Source: Hemiscyllium ocellatum (taxonomy: Eukaryota). From it: 64,000 nucleotides of DNA. The stretch is from contig NW_026867526.1 in assembly GCF_020745735.1 (NCBI RefSeq), forward strand, positions 908,416 through 972,415. Reading direction: 5' to 3'. The notes below the pieces were generated by a model. The model did no database searches, was not told where the DNA came from, and saw only the letters and a list, made by a program, of their open reading frames with translations. Below, in pieces: positions 49,865 through 62,145 of this stretch; the stretch's first letter is position 1; every line of letters starts with the position of its first letter. Position numbers and translations under genes: made by a program.

Positions 49865-50470
49865 GGGCGGCACGGTGGCACAGTAGTTAGCACTGCTGCC
49901 TCACAGCGCCAGAGACCTGGGTTCAATTCCTGCCTCAGGCGACTCTCTCTGTAGAGTTTGCACATTCTCCAGGTGCTCCGGTTTCCGCCCACAATCCAAA
50001 AATGTGCAGGTTAGGTGAATTGGCGATGCTAAATTGCCCATAGTGTTAGGTGAAGGGGTAAATGTTGGAGTATGGGTCTGAGTGGTATACGCTTCGGGGA
50101 ATCGGTGTGGACTTTAGATTCTCTACAATGTGGAAACAGGCTCTTCGGCCCAACAAGTCCACACCACCCCTCCAAAGAGAAACCCACCCAAACTCCTACC
50201 CTATATTTACCCCTGACTAACACAACGGGCAATTTAGCATGGCCAATTCACCTAACCTGCACATCTTTGGATTGTGGGAGGAAACCGGAGACCCGGAGGG
50301 GACCCACGTAGACACAGGGAGAATGTGCAAACTCCACACAGACAGGTGGGAATCAAACCCAGGACCCTGGTGCTGTGAGGCAGCAGTGCTAACCACTGAG
50401 CCACCGTGCTGCCCTACTTGTTGGGCTGAAGGGCCTGTTTCCATACTGTAAGTAATCTAATCTAATCTAA
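49865..50470 (+). mobile_element. HE1-like SINE (plus) interrupted by a second HE1-like SINE (minus, 50114-50414)
   Basis: Outer copy starts gggcggcacggtggcacagtagttagcac (A box) with ggttcaattcc (B box), breaks at ..gtgtggact, and resumes acttgttgggctgaagggcc..tctaatctaa after the inner copy. Confidence 0.88.
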
Positions 50471-51524
50471 TCCTCCAACTTTCAAGAGAAAGTTATTTCT
50501 ATCAACCTAGAAACTGCGAGGACCCAATACTGGCCTCTGCAAGATCCCACTGGGCACAAACTTCCAGTTACAGAAGCACATCTCAACCATCACACTCTGC
50601 TTCCCAGCACTCAGCCCGTTGTGGATCCAATTTTCCAAATTTCCTTGCAGTCCATGGGCTCTTGTCTTTGCCATCAGTGTCCCAGGCAGCACCTTATCAA
50701 AAGCCCCACTGAATTCCAAGTAGCCTCCACCAAATGCATTGCTGTCACCTACACATCTGGTCACCTCTTTGATAAATTCCATCAGGTTGGTCAGATATGA
50801 CCTTCCTTTAATAAACCCACACCTACTGTTCTTGATTAACCCCTGCCTGCTCCAAGTGCAGATTCATTCTGTCCCGAAGTATTCATTCCAACAGTTTCCC
50901 CACCGTCAGACTGATTGGCCTGTAGTTTCCTGGTTTCTCCCTCCTTCCTTCTTGAAGACCTTGTCACATTTGTTGTTTTTAATTGAGGTCTGCAGCCAAG
51001 TGTTAGGTCTCTTGTACAGCTTGGGGAAGGTAGAAAGGGACAGTGGTAGTGTCTTTACCTCTGAGCTAGGAGATTCAGTTTCGAGTCCCACCTGGTCCAG
51101 AGGAGTACCGTACCATCACTGAACAGGTTGGTTGAGAAACTATCTCCAAGGTGTTTTCCCCTCTCCTGAAATGACTGAGTTAATCCTGAATAGACATTCC
51201 AACAACACCTCTGCACCTGAATGGCACTGTCTCTTCTCAATCTAATTTTTCTTCCTTCTATCCGAACCTCTTTTGGGAGCTTTACAGCATTCACTTTACC
51301 CCGGGGAAGTGAGTTCTGCAGCTTTTAAACACTTTTACATTTGTGTCTTTGCCAGTTTTTTGAAAATCAAGGACCAATCAACCTGAAACAGCAGCAGGAA
51401 TTTATCTTACATAGAACATAGAACATAGAAGGATACAGCGCAGTACAGGCCCTTCGGCCCTCGATGTTGCGCCGACCGAGTCCTACCTAACCTATACTAG
51501 CCCAATAACTTCCAATATCTTCTT

Positions 51525-51526
<2 letters not shown>

Positions 51527-51570
<44 letters not shown>
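51527..51570 (+). repeat. (AC)22 microsatellite
   Basis: Direct reading. Confidence 0.95.
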
Positions 51571-51573
<3 letters not shown>

Positions 51574-52805
51574 CTGGACCCTGATCTCGGATGATGACCT
51601 CTGCAGGGAGACAGACATCAACTGCAAATAACTTCTTGGATCTTCCTGTCCATCGACAGCATTGGTCTGTTTGGGTGCCTGCTGTTCTAAACCTTGTCCA
51701 AGCAACAAATGATGATAGATTCATAACAGTTTTCCTCCAATCCATGTTTAAGGCATGTGTTTGTGTTATTTTTCACTGACTATTGATTTAATCTTCTAAA
51801 ATGGGGAGTGGCTTCCATCCCAGATGACCACACCAGCGTGCCTTGGGGACCCTGAGGAAATTATTAGGGAAGTGTATCTGTACCATTCCACCTTCTGCAC
51901 CCTGTACCGCCAGATACTGCTCCCTCAGTATCTCAGAAAGCACCTCCTCAGTATGTTTATCCCCAAAGCACCTCGACAGAACCTTCATGCCCTCAACACC
52001 TCAGAAAACAAACCTGTTACCCCCTTGGACCGTGTTCATCCCCAAACCTGTTCTCACTGTGGTGACCCACAGCCACCCACAAGATTGGAGCCCAGGGCCC
52101 AGAACATTATTTGGGTCTCTGCATTGATTATATAATGTGGAAGTAGGCCATTCGGCCTATCAGGTTCACACTGACCCTCGGCAGAGCATCCCATCCCCCC
52201 ACTCTATCCCTGGATCCCTTCATTCCCTCTGGCTAATCCACCAAGCCTGCACATCTTTGGACAGTGGGAGGGAACTGAAGCACCCGGAGGCTGACACGGG
52301 GAGAATGTGCAAACTCCACACAGACAGTCGCCCGAGGCTGGAATCGAACCCGGGTGGGGTGAGGCAACAGAGCTAACCACAGAGCCCCTGTGACAATCCC
52401 ACTATCTCCGCCCCATTGATGGCCGTTTGATATCTATACCCAGGGAGTATCTAACCTGTCTAGCGTTTATTTAAGAAAGATTAGGGAAAAGGACAATGCC
52501 TCCACAAGCTCAAGATGCTAAAAAATATTTATATTAATTTCAAACAGAGACTTTATTCACAAACAAAATTACGTACAAACATAGTAACTAAAGTTCAGTT
52601 CTGTACAGTCTTTACAACAAGTCTTTATGATGACATATAAACTTCTCTTGGCTGAGTAACTGAAATGTTAGATCTGAGCTGTTCCTTCTTAATTAACATC
52701 ATAAAGTTACATTGATAAGGATCTTTGTGAAGTGCCGTAAATCTTTATCTGTTCCCCCATTCACCCCCACCCTACAAATACAATGCCTTACAAATGCTTG
52801 AACCT

Positions 52806-52978
52806 GAGCTGAAAATGTGTCGCTGGAAAAGTGCAGCAGGTCAGGCAGCATCCAAGGAGCAGGAGAGTTGACAGAAATGTTGATTCTCCTGCTCCTTGGA
52901 TGCTGCCTGACCTGCTGCGCTTTTCCAGCAATACATTGTCAGCTCTGATCTCCAGCATCTGCAGTCCTCATTTTCTCC
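52806..52978. mobile_element. Palindromic Penelope-derived short element (centre deleted)
   Basis: Same inverted arms as the 16503 copy; degenerate flanking repeat aaatgcttgaacctg / aaagccttaaacctg. Confidence 0.7.
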
Positions 52979-53470
52979 TAAAAGCCTTAAACCTGTTTGT
53001 CAACTTTCAACAGAAGCAACCTCAGGGCATGAACACAGACTGAGTTGCTCAGTGACACATGTTTGATTGGGTCAGATCAAATTCTCAAGCAAACACCCGC
53101 ACAGATTGCTGGGGAAATTCAGCAGATCAGACAGCAACGGTGAAGAGAGAGAGGAACAATTCGCATTTCAAGTGACCCTTCCTCAAAACAGTCTGTTCTG
53201 AAGGAACATTTCCGCAGAAATTATTGGATTGAAAGGTGAACTCTCTCTCTCTCTCTCCCTTCACAGATGCTGCCGGACATGCTTAGCTTCTTCAGCAATC
53301 TCTGTATTGATGGTTCAGGTTTCCAGCGCATCCGTACAAGTTGAGTTTAGTGTTGAATTCCCAAGCTTGCTCTATTATAGGGATTGAATTCCTCTGCTAC
53401 AAAGGGGGGTCTCAGTTACCTCAGCTAACTGGTTCGTGATGCCAACATTGTTGGCTCAATTTCTATCATG

Positions 53471-53900
53471 GAGGAGAAAGTGAGTACTGCAGATGCTGGA
53501 GATCAGAGCTGAAAATGTGTTGCTGGAAAAGCGCAGGTCAGGCAGCATCCAAGGAACAGGAGATTCGATGTTTCGGGCATAAGCCCTTCTTCAGGAATCC
53601 CTTGTAGAGGGAGGAAGAGAGCTTCTTCAAGGAAGGCATCCTTGCAAGAGGATTCGCAGAAGGTTAAAATCTTCGAGGAGAAAGTGAGGTCTGCAGATGC
53701 TGGAGATGAGAGCTGAAAATGTGTTGCTGGAAAAGCGCAGCAGGTCAGGCAGCATCCAAGGAACAGGAGATTCGACGTTTCGGGCATAAGACCTTCTTCA
53801 GGAATCTGATTCCTGAAGAATGGCTTATGCCCGAAACGTCAAATCTCCTGTTCCTTGGATGCTGCCTGACCTGCTGCGCTTTTCCAGCAACACATTTTCA
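53471..53900. mobile_element. Composite Penelope-derived element: two tandem minus-sense units plus one inverted unit, 17-bp TSD
   Basis: gctcaatttctatcatg at 53454-53470 and 53901-53917; three copies of the shared terminal repeat. Confidence 0.8.
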
Positions 53901-56900
53901 GCTCAATTTCTATCATGTCTGAAATTACCATGAAGGCCGCAACTTCTCAACCTCGCCCCTCACCTGAGGCATGTGACCCACCAGTCCTCTCTCTCTGACA
54001 AGACAGCAGCTCCCGGGTCCTCCTGGTCTATAATAACTTCCTAACTTTAAAAAGGCACTCCAGTAAGAGAGCTCTTTACATGGTTCAGGTCAAAATCTTG
54101 GAGTTCCCTCCCTAACATCAACGTGGGACACCAAGGGCTATAGCAGGAGAATACAGCTCACCCCCACCTTCCAGGCAACTGGATGGTGTGGTAATCTCAT
54201 GCAAGTGAAATTTGCAAGTAACTTTTATTACAAGGTGACGGTGGATGGTCACTAAGACTGTTTCTTTCCCTCTGTTTAAATCAGCGTAACAGGGAACCAA
54301 AGGATGGGGTGAAAATGACAGTGATAGCGCTTCGTAGGTTGGTGTTTGTTTGAGATTGCATCGTCGCTATGAATGTTTGAACACTTATTCAAGGGCATGC
54401 AGTTAGCTGCCAGAGGATATGGTGGGGGCTGGTACAATTGCGACATTTAAAAGGCATCAGGATGAATATGTGAATAGGAAGGGTTTAGAGGGATATCAGC
54501 CAAGTGCTAGCAAATGGAACTAAATTAAGTTGGATATCTGGTTGGCATGAATAAGTTGGGCCGAAGGGTCTGTTTCCATGCTGTGCATCTCTCTGAATAG
54601 ATTGTTGCAAAGTTTCAGACAAGGCTTGGATTGTGTGTCTCTCTCATGCTTTCTCAGAATCTGCAAATGCAATGTCTCCATATTTCCACAAAACATTAAG
54701 AAAGAGAAAAAAACGGTCAGTACTGAGGGAGTGCCACACCGTTGGAGGGTCAGTGATACGTTAGTATTGTACTGTCAGAGGATCTGTACTGAAGAAAAGC
54801 TGCACTGTCGGATTGTCAATACTGAAGGATTCCTGTACTGTCAGAGGGTCAGTTAGGATGGAGTGCTGCCCTGTCAGAGGGTCAATACTGAGGGAGTGCT
54901 GCACTGTCAGAGGGTCAGTACTGAGGGAGTGCTGCACTGTCAGAAGATCAATACTGAGGGAGTGTTGCACTGTCGGAGCGTCAGTACTGAGGGAGTGCTG
55001 CACTGTCAGAGGGTCAGTACTGAAGGATTCCTGTACTGTCAGAGGGTCAGTACTGAGTGTGTGCTTCACTGTTAGAGGGTCAGTACCGAGGGAGTGCTGC
55101 ACTGTTAGAGGGTCAGTACCGAGGGAGTGCTGCACTGTTAGAGGGTCAGTACTGAGGGAGTGTTGCACTGTCGGAGCGTCAGTACTGAGGGAGTGCTGCA
55201 CTGTCAGAGGGTCAGTACTGAGGGAGTGTTGCACTGTCGGAGCGTCAGTACTGAGGGAGTGCTGCACTGTCAGAGGGTCAGTACTGAGGGAGTGCTGCAC
55301 TGTCGGAGGGTCAGTACTGAGGGCGTTCTACACTGTCAGAATGTCAGTACTGAGGGAGTGCTGCACTGTCAGAGGGTCAGTACTGAGTGTGTGCTTCACT
55401 GTTAGAGGGTCAGTACCGAGGGAGTGCTGCACTGTTAGAGGGTCAGTACCGAGGGAGTGCTGTACTGCCAGGGAGTCAGTGCTTAGGCAGTGCTGCACTG
55501 TGAAAGGGTCAGCAATGAGGGAGTGTTGCACTGTCATTATGCAGTGAGCACTCCACTGTCAGAGGGTCATTACTGAGGGAGTGCCACTCTGTGGAGAGTG
55601 AGTACTAAGTTAATATTGCACAGTCGGAGGATCAGTATTGAGGCAAACCTGCACTGTCAGAGGATCAGTACTGGGGCGCGCAACACTGCTGGACCGTCAG
55701 TACTGAGGGAGTGCTGCACTGTCAAAGGGTCAGAACAAAATGAGCACTGCACTGTTGCAAGGTCATTACTGTGGGAGCACAACACTATCAGAGCATAAGT
55801 ACTGAGGGAGCACTACATTGTCAGAGGAACAGTATTGAGGGATTGCCATCCTGTTAGAGGTGCTGTAGTGAGGGAGTGCAATACTGTCAAAGGGTCAATA
55901 CAGAGGGAGTGCAATACTGTCAAAGGGTCAGTGCTGAGGAGGCGCTGCACTGTCAGAGGGTCAGTACTGAGTGAGTGCTGCACTGTCAGAGGGTCAGTAC
56001 TGAGTGAGTGCTGCACTGTTAGAGGGTCAGTACAGTGGATCCGTTGGAATGTCAGAGGGTCAGAATGGATGGAATACTGCACTGTCAGAGTTTCATTACA
56101 GCACAGTGCCGTACTGTCAGAGTGTCACTACTGGAGGAGTGCTGCTCTGACAGAGGGGCAGTACTGAGAGAGTGTCACACTGTCAGAGGAACAGTACTGA
56201 GAGAGTGTCACACTGTCAGAGGGTCAGTACTGAGGGAATGCTGCATTGAAATGGGTGCAGGACCGAGGGATTGCCGCACTGTCAGAGTGGCAGTACTGAG
56301 GGAGTTCTAAACTGTCAGAGGATTAGTACTGAGTGTGTGCTGCAACGTCAGAGGGTCAGTACTGAGGGAGTGCTGCACTGTTGGAAGGTCAGTCCTGAGG
56401 AAGTGCTGCGCTGTGGGAGGACCAGTACAGATGGAGTGCAGCACTATGGAAGGTCAGTACTGAGTTAATATTGAACAGTCAGAGGGTCAGTACTGAGGGA
56501 GTAGCACACTGTCAGGGAGTGAGTCATGAGGGAGTGCCACACTGTTGGAGGGTCAGTACTGAGGAAGTGCTGTGCTGTGGGAGGACCAGTACAGAGGGAG
56601 TGCAGCACTATGGAAGGTCAGTACTGAGTTAATATTGAACAGTCAGAGGGTCAGTATTGAGGGAGTAGCACACTGTCAGGGAGTGAGTCATGAGGGAGTG
56701 CCACACTGTTGGAGGGTCAGTACTGTGGGTGCATCGGAATGTCGGAGGGTCAGAATGGAGGGAATACCATACTGTCAGAGTTTCATGACAGTGTAGTGCC
56801 GCACTGTCAGAGAGTCACGACTGGGGGAGTGCTGCACTGTCAGAGGGTCAGTACTGAGAGAGTGTCACACTGTCAGAGGGTCATTACAGAGGGAGTGCTG

Positions 56901-58859
56901 CACTGTCAGAGGGTCAGCACTGAGAGTGTCACACTATCAGAGGGTCATTACAGAGGGAGTGCTGCACTGTCAGAGGGTCAGTACTGAGGGAATGTTGCAC
57001 TGTCAGAGGGTCAGTACTGAGGGAGTGCTGCACTGTTGAAGGGTCAGTACTGAGGGAGTGCTGCACTGTCGAAAGGTCAGTACTGAGTGCGTTCTGCACT
57101 GTCAGAATGTCAGCACTAAGGGAATGCCGCACTGTCGGAAGGTCAGCACCGAGGGAGGTCCACATTGTCTGAGGGTCTTCACTGAATGAGTACTGCAATA
57201 TCAGTGGGTCAGTACTCAGGGAAAGCTGCACTGTCAAAGGTTCTTTAATGGAAGAGTGCTGCACTATCAGCGGGTTAATACCAAGGGAGTGCTGCAATGT
57301 CAGAGGGTCAGTACTGACGGAGTGCTGCAACATGAGAGGGTCAGTACTGAGGGAGCACTCCACTGTCAGAGGGTCTGTACTGAGGGAGCACTATACTGTG
57401 AGAGAGTCAGTACCGAGCGAATGCTGCACTGTCAGAGAGTCAGTACTGAGGGAGTGCTGCACTGTCAGAGGGTCAGTACTGAGGGAGTGCTGCACTGTCA
57501 GGGGGTCAGTACTGAGGGAGTGATGCACTGTCTGAGTGTCTGTCCCATGGAAAGGCCACACTGTCAGAGGTCAGTAATGAGGGAGGACCACACTGTCAGG
57601 GGGTCATTACTGAGTGAGTGCTGTGCTGTCAGAGGGTCAGTACTGAGGGAGTGCTGCACTGTCAGGGGGTCATTACTGAGTGAGTGCTGTACTGTCAGAG
57701 GTTCAGTACTGAGTGAGTGCTGCACTGTCAGAGGGTCAGTACTGAGTGAGTGCTGTACTGTCAGAGGGTCAGTACTGAGGGAATGCACACTGTCAGAGGG
57801 TCAGTACTGAGAGAGTGCTGTACTGTCAGAGGGTCAGCACTGAGGGAGTGCTGTACTGTCAGAGGGTCAGTACTGAGGGAGTGCTGTACTGTCAGAGAGT
57901 TAGTAATGAGGGAGTATCACAATGTCACAGGGTCAGTACAGGGGGAGTGCCACACTGTCGGAGGGTCTCTACTGATGGAGCACTGTACTGTCAGAAGATC
58001 AGTACTGAGGGTGCACTATATTGCCAACGGGTCGGCACCAAGTGAGCGCTGCAACGTGACAGGGTCAGTATTGAGAGCATGCTGCGCTGTCAGAGGGTCT
58101 GGACTGAGGGATCGCTATAGTGTCAGAGGGTCTGGACTGAGGGAGCGCTGCACTGTCTGAGTGTCAGTCCCAGGGGAAGGCCACACTGTCAGAGCGTCAG
58201 TAATGTTGGAGTACCGCGCAGTCGGTAAGTCGGTAATGAGGGAGTACCACATTGTCAGTGGATCAGTCCTGAGGGTGTGCTACACTGAGAGAGGGTCAGT
58301 ACAAAACGAGCACTGCACTTTTGGAGGGCCATTACTCAGGGAGAACAACACTGTTGGAGAGTCAGTGCTGAAGGAGTGCTGCACTGTCAGAGAGTCAGCA
58401 CTGAGAGAGTGCTGCACTGTCAGAGGGTCAGTACTGAGGGAGTGCTGCACTGTCAGAGGGTCAGTACTGACGGTGTGCTGCATTGCCCAAGGGAGAGTAC
58501 TGATGAAACTCCTCACTGTTGGAGGTTCAGAACTGAAGGAGTGCTGCACTATCAGAGGCTCCGTACTGTGGGAGTGTTAAACTGTCAGAGGGTCAGTCCT
58601 GAGGCAGCACCACACTGTCAGTGGGTAAGTGCTGAGGGAGTGTCGCACTGTCGGAGGGTCTGTTCTGCGGGAGCACCACACTGTGAGAGGGTCAGTACTG
58701 AGGGTGTGCTGCATTGCCAGAGGGTTCAGTACTGAGGGAAACCTCACTGTCAGAGGGTCTTTACTCGAAGATTGTTGCACTGCCACATGGTAAGTACCGA
58801 GGGAGTACTGCAATGTCAAACAGTCAGTACTGAGGGAGTGCTGCAACGTGAGAGCGTTT

Positions 58860-59175
58860 TTTAGATTAGATTAGACTTACAGTGTGGAAACAGGCCCTTC
58901 GGCCCAACAAGTCCACACCGACCCGCCGAAGCGCAACCCACCCATACACCCCTTTTACCCCTTACCTAACACTATGGGCAATTTAGCTTGGCCAATTCAC
59001 CTGACCCGCACATCTTTGTGACTGTGGGAGGAAACCGGAGCACCCGGAGGAAACCCACGCAGACACGGGGAGAACGTGCAAACTCCACACAGTCAGTCGC
59101 CTGAGTCGGGAATTGAACCCGGGTCTGCAGGCGCTGTGAGGCAGCAGTGCTAACCACTGTGCCACCGTGCCGCCC
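58860..59175 (-). mobile_element. Full-length HE1-like tRNA-derived SINE inserted in the satellite
   Basis: Minus strand begins GGGCGGCACGGTGGCACAGTGGTTAGCACTGC (A box), has GGTTCAATTCC (B box), and ends in (TCTAA)n. Confidence 0.9.
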
Positions 59176-61290
59176 CTAATACTGAGGGAATGCTGCGCTG
59201 TTAGATGGTCAGTGCTGAGGGACCACTCCAATGTCAGAGATTTTGTACTGAGGGAGCGGTTTACTCTCAGAGGGTCAGTACTGAGGCAGTGCTGCACTGT
59301 TGAAGGGTCAGTACTATGGAAGTGCTGACTCTTGGAGGGTTAATCGTGTGGGAGTGGGATACTGTCAGAGGGTCAGTATTGAGAGTGTGGCACACTATTG
59401 GAGAGTCAATACTCAGGGAGCACCACGCAATCAAAGGGTCAGTACGGAGACAGTGCCTCACTGTTGGAGTGTCAGTACTGAGAGAGTCCCTCACTGTCAG
59501 AGGGTCAGTATGGGGCAGTGCCGCATTGTCACTGACTTTCCAAAATGTGGCACACCCTCAGTCCTGATCCTCTGACAGATCACCATGCACTCAGTGCTGA
59601 GGGAGTGCCACACTTTTGGAAAGACAGTATTGAGGGAGTGGTGCACAGCCAGAGGGTCAGTACAAAGGATGTGCCAAACTATCGGAGGTGAGTACTAAGG
59701 GAGCACTGCACTGTCAAAGGGTGAGAAGTGAGGCAATGCACACTGTCAGTGGGTCAGTACTGAGGGAGCACCACATTGCCAGAGGATCAGTATTGAGGGA
59801 ATGTTACACTGTCAGAGGTCAGTATTGAGGGAGTGCTGCACTGTCAGAGGGTCAGCACAGAGGGAGTGCTGCACTGTCAGAGGGCCGTACAGAGGGGCTG
59901 CTTCATTGTCGGAGAGTCGCACAGAGGAAATGCTGCACTGTCGGAGGGTCATACGGAGGTTTGTACTGAGGGAGTGTCACACTGTCAGAGATTAAGTCCT
60001 CAATGAATGCTACCTTCTCAGAGGGTCAGTACTGAGGGTGCATTGCACCATCAGAGGGTCAGTACTGAGGGACCGCTACACTGCCAGAGTGATAGTACTG
60101 AGGGAGTACTGTACTTTCAAAGGTTCAGTACTGAGGGAGTGCTGCACTGTCAGAGGTGTAGGACAGAGGGAGCTGCCGCACTGTCAGTGTCAGTACAGAT
60201 GGAATGCCGCACTGTTGGAGTGTCAGCACTGAGGGACAGTGGCATTGTCAGGAGTTTAGTACTGAGGGAGGGCCGCACTGTCAGGAGTTTAGTACTGAGG
60301 GAGGCCGCACTGTCAGGAGTTTAGTACTGAGGGAGGGCACCACTGTCAGGAGTTTAGTACTGAGGGAGGGCCGCACTGTCAGGAGTTTAGTACTGAGGGA
60401 GGGCCGCACTGTCAGGAGTTTAGTACTGAGGGAGGACCGCACTGTCAGGAGTTTAGTTCTGAGGTAGAGCTGCACTGTCAGAAGTTTAGTACTGAGGGAG
60501 GGCACCACTGTCAGGAGTTTAGTTCTGAGGGAGGGCCGCACTGTCAGGAGTTTAGTACTGAGGGAGGGCACCACTGTCAGGAGTTTAGTACTGAGGGAGG
60601 GCCGCACTGTCAGGAGTTTAGTACTGAGGGAGGTTCGCACTGTCAGGAATTTAGTACTGAGGTAGGTCCGCACTGTCAGCAGTTTAGTACTGAGGGAATG
60701 CTGCACTGTCAGGAGTTTAGTACTGAGGGAGGGCCACACTGTCAGGAGTTTAGTTCTGAGGGAGGGCCACACTGTCAGGAGTTTAGTTCTGAGGGAGGGC
60801 CGCACTGTCAGGAGTTTAGTACTGAGGGAGGTTCGTACTGTCAGGAATTTAGTACTGAGGTAGGTCCGCACTGTCAGCAGTTTAGTACTGAGGGAATGCT
60901 GCACTGTCAGGAGTTTAGTACTGAGGGAGGGCCACACTGTCAGGAGTTTAGTTCTGAGGGAGGGCCACACTGTCAGGAGTTTAGTTCTGAGGGAGGGCCA
61001 CACTGTCAGGAGTTTAGTACTGAGGGAGGTTCGCACTGTCAAGAGTTTAGTACTGAGGGAGAGCCACACTGTCAGGGGTTTAGTACTGAGGGAGGACGGC
61101 ACTGTCAGGAGTTTAGTTCTGAGGTAGAGCTGCACTGTCAGAAGTTTAGTACTGAGGTAGGTCCGCACTGTCAGCAGTTTAGTACTGAGGGAATGCTGCA
61201 CTGTCAGGAGTTTAGTACTGAGGGAGGGCCACACTGTCAGGAGTTTAGTTCTGAGGGAGGGCCGCACTGTCAGGAGTTTAGTACTGAGGG

Positions 61291-61600
61291 ATTAGATTAG
61301 ATTTACAGTGTGGAAACAGGCCCTTCGGCCCAACAAGTCCACACCGACCCGCCGAAGCGAAACCCACCCATACCCCTACATTTACCCCTTACCTAACACT
61401 ACGGGCAATTTAGCATGGCCAATTCACCTGACCCGCACATCTTTGGACTGTGGGAGGAAACCGGAGCACCCGGAGGAGACCCACGCAGACACGGGGAGAA
61501 CGTGCAAACTCCACACAGTCAGTCACCTGAGTCGGGAATTGAACCCGGGTCTCAGGTGCTGTGAGGCAGCAGTGCTAACCATTGTGCCACCATGCCGCCC
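61291..61600 (-). mobile_element. Full-length HE1-like SINE inserted in the type-B satellite
   Basis: Near-identical to 58860-59175, with A/B boxes and a (TCTAA)n tail. Confidence 0.9.
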
Positions 61601-62145
61601 CTGGAGGTTCGCACTGTCAGGAGTTTAGTACTGAGGGAGGGCCGCACTGTCAAGAGTTTAGTACTGAGGGAGGGCTGCACTGTCAGGAATTTAGTACTGA
61701 GGGAGGGCACCACTGTCAGGAGTTTAGTACTGAGGGAGGGCCGCACTGTCAGGAGTTTAGTACTGAGGGAGAGCCACACTGTCAGGGGTTTAGTACTGAG
61801 GGGGGGGGCCGCACTGTCAGGAGTTTAGTACTGAGGGAGGGCCGCACTGTCAGGAGTTTAGTACTGAGGGAGGGCCGCACTGTCAGGATTTTAATACTGA
61901 GGGAGGGCCGCACTGTCAGGAGTTTAGTACTGAGGGAGGGCCGCACTGTCAGGATTTTAATACTGAGGGAGGGCCGCACTGTCAGGAGTTTAGTACTGAG
62001 GGAGGTTCGCACTGTCAGGAATTTAGTACTGTGGGAGGGCCGCACTGTCAGGAGTTTAGTCCTGAGGGAGGGCCGCACTGGCAGGAGTTTAGTACTGAGG
62101 GAGGGCCGCACTGGCAGGAGTTTAGTACTGAGGGAGGGCCACACT

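Larger units (their letters stand above)
54715..62145 (+). repeat. 33-bp satellite array (type A ACTGTCAGAGGGTCAGTACTGAGGGAGTGCTGC ~54715-60230; type B ACTGTCAGGAGTTTAGTACTGAGGGAGGGCCGC ~60230-62145)
   Basis: An 11-residue periodicity appears in all ORF translations (TVRGSVLRECC / TVRSLVLREGR); ~7.4 kb long, interrupted by two SINEs. Confidence 0.95.

Noticed and set aside
49865-49935. tRNA gene (A and B boxes present; likewise at 59100-59175 and 61530-61600)
   Set aside because: These are tRNA-derived SINE heads followed by SINE body and a (TCTAA)n tail, with no complete cloverleaf.
54761-61300. Long ORFs (179-328 aa) with 11-aa periodic Cys/Leu/Arg repeats as protein-coding genes
   Set aside because: They are translations of a 33-bp satellite (a multiple of 3, stop-free in several frames on both strands), with no splice or promoter context.
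54715-62145. Satellite CACTGTC motif as an array of cryptic RSSs, or the array as a class-switch region
   Set aside because: There is no nonamer at 12 or 23 bp. The array lies 30 kb upstream of V, not in the J-C intron, and sharks lack canonical S regions.
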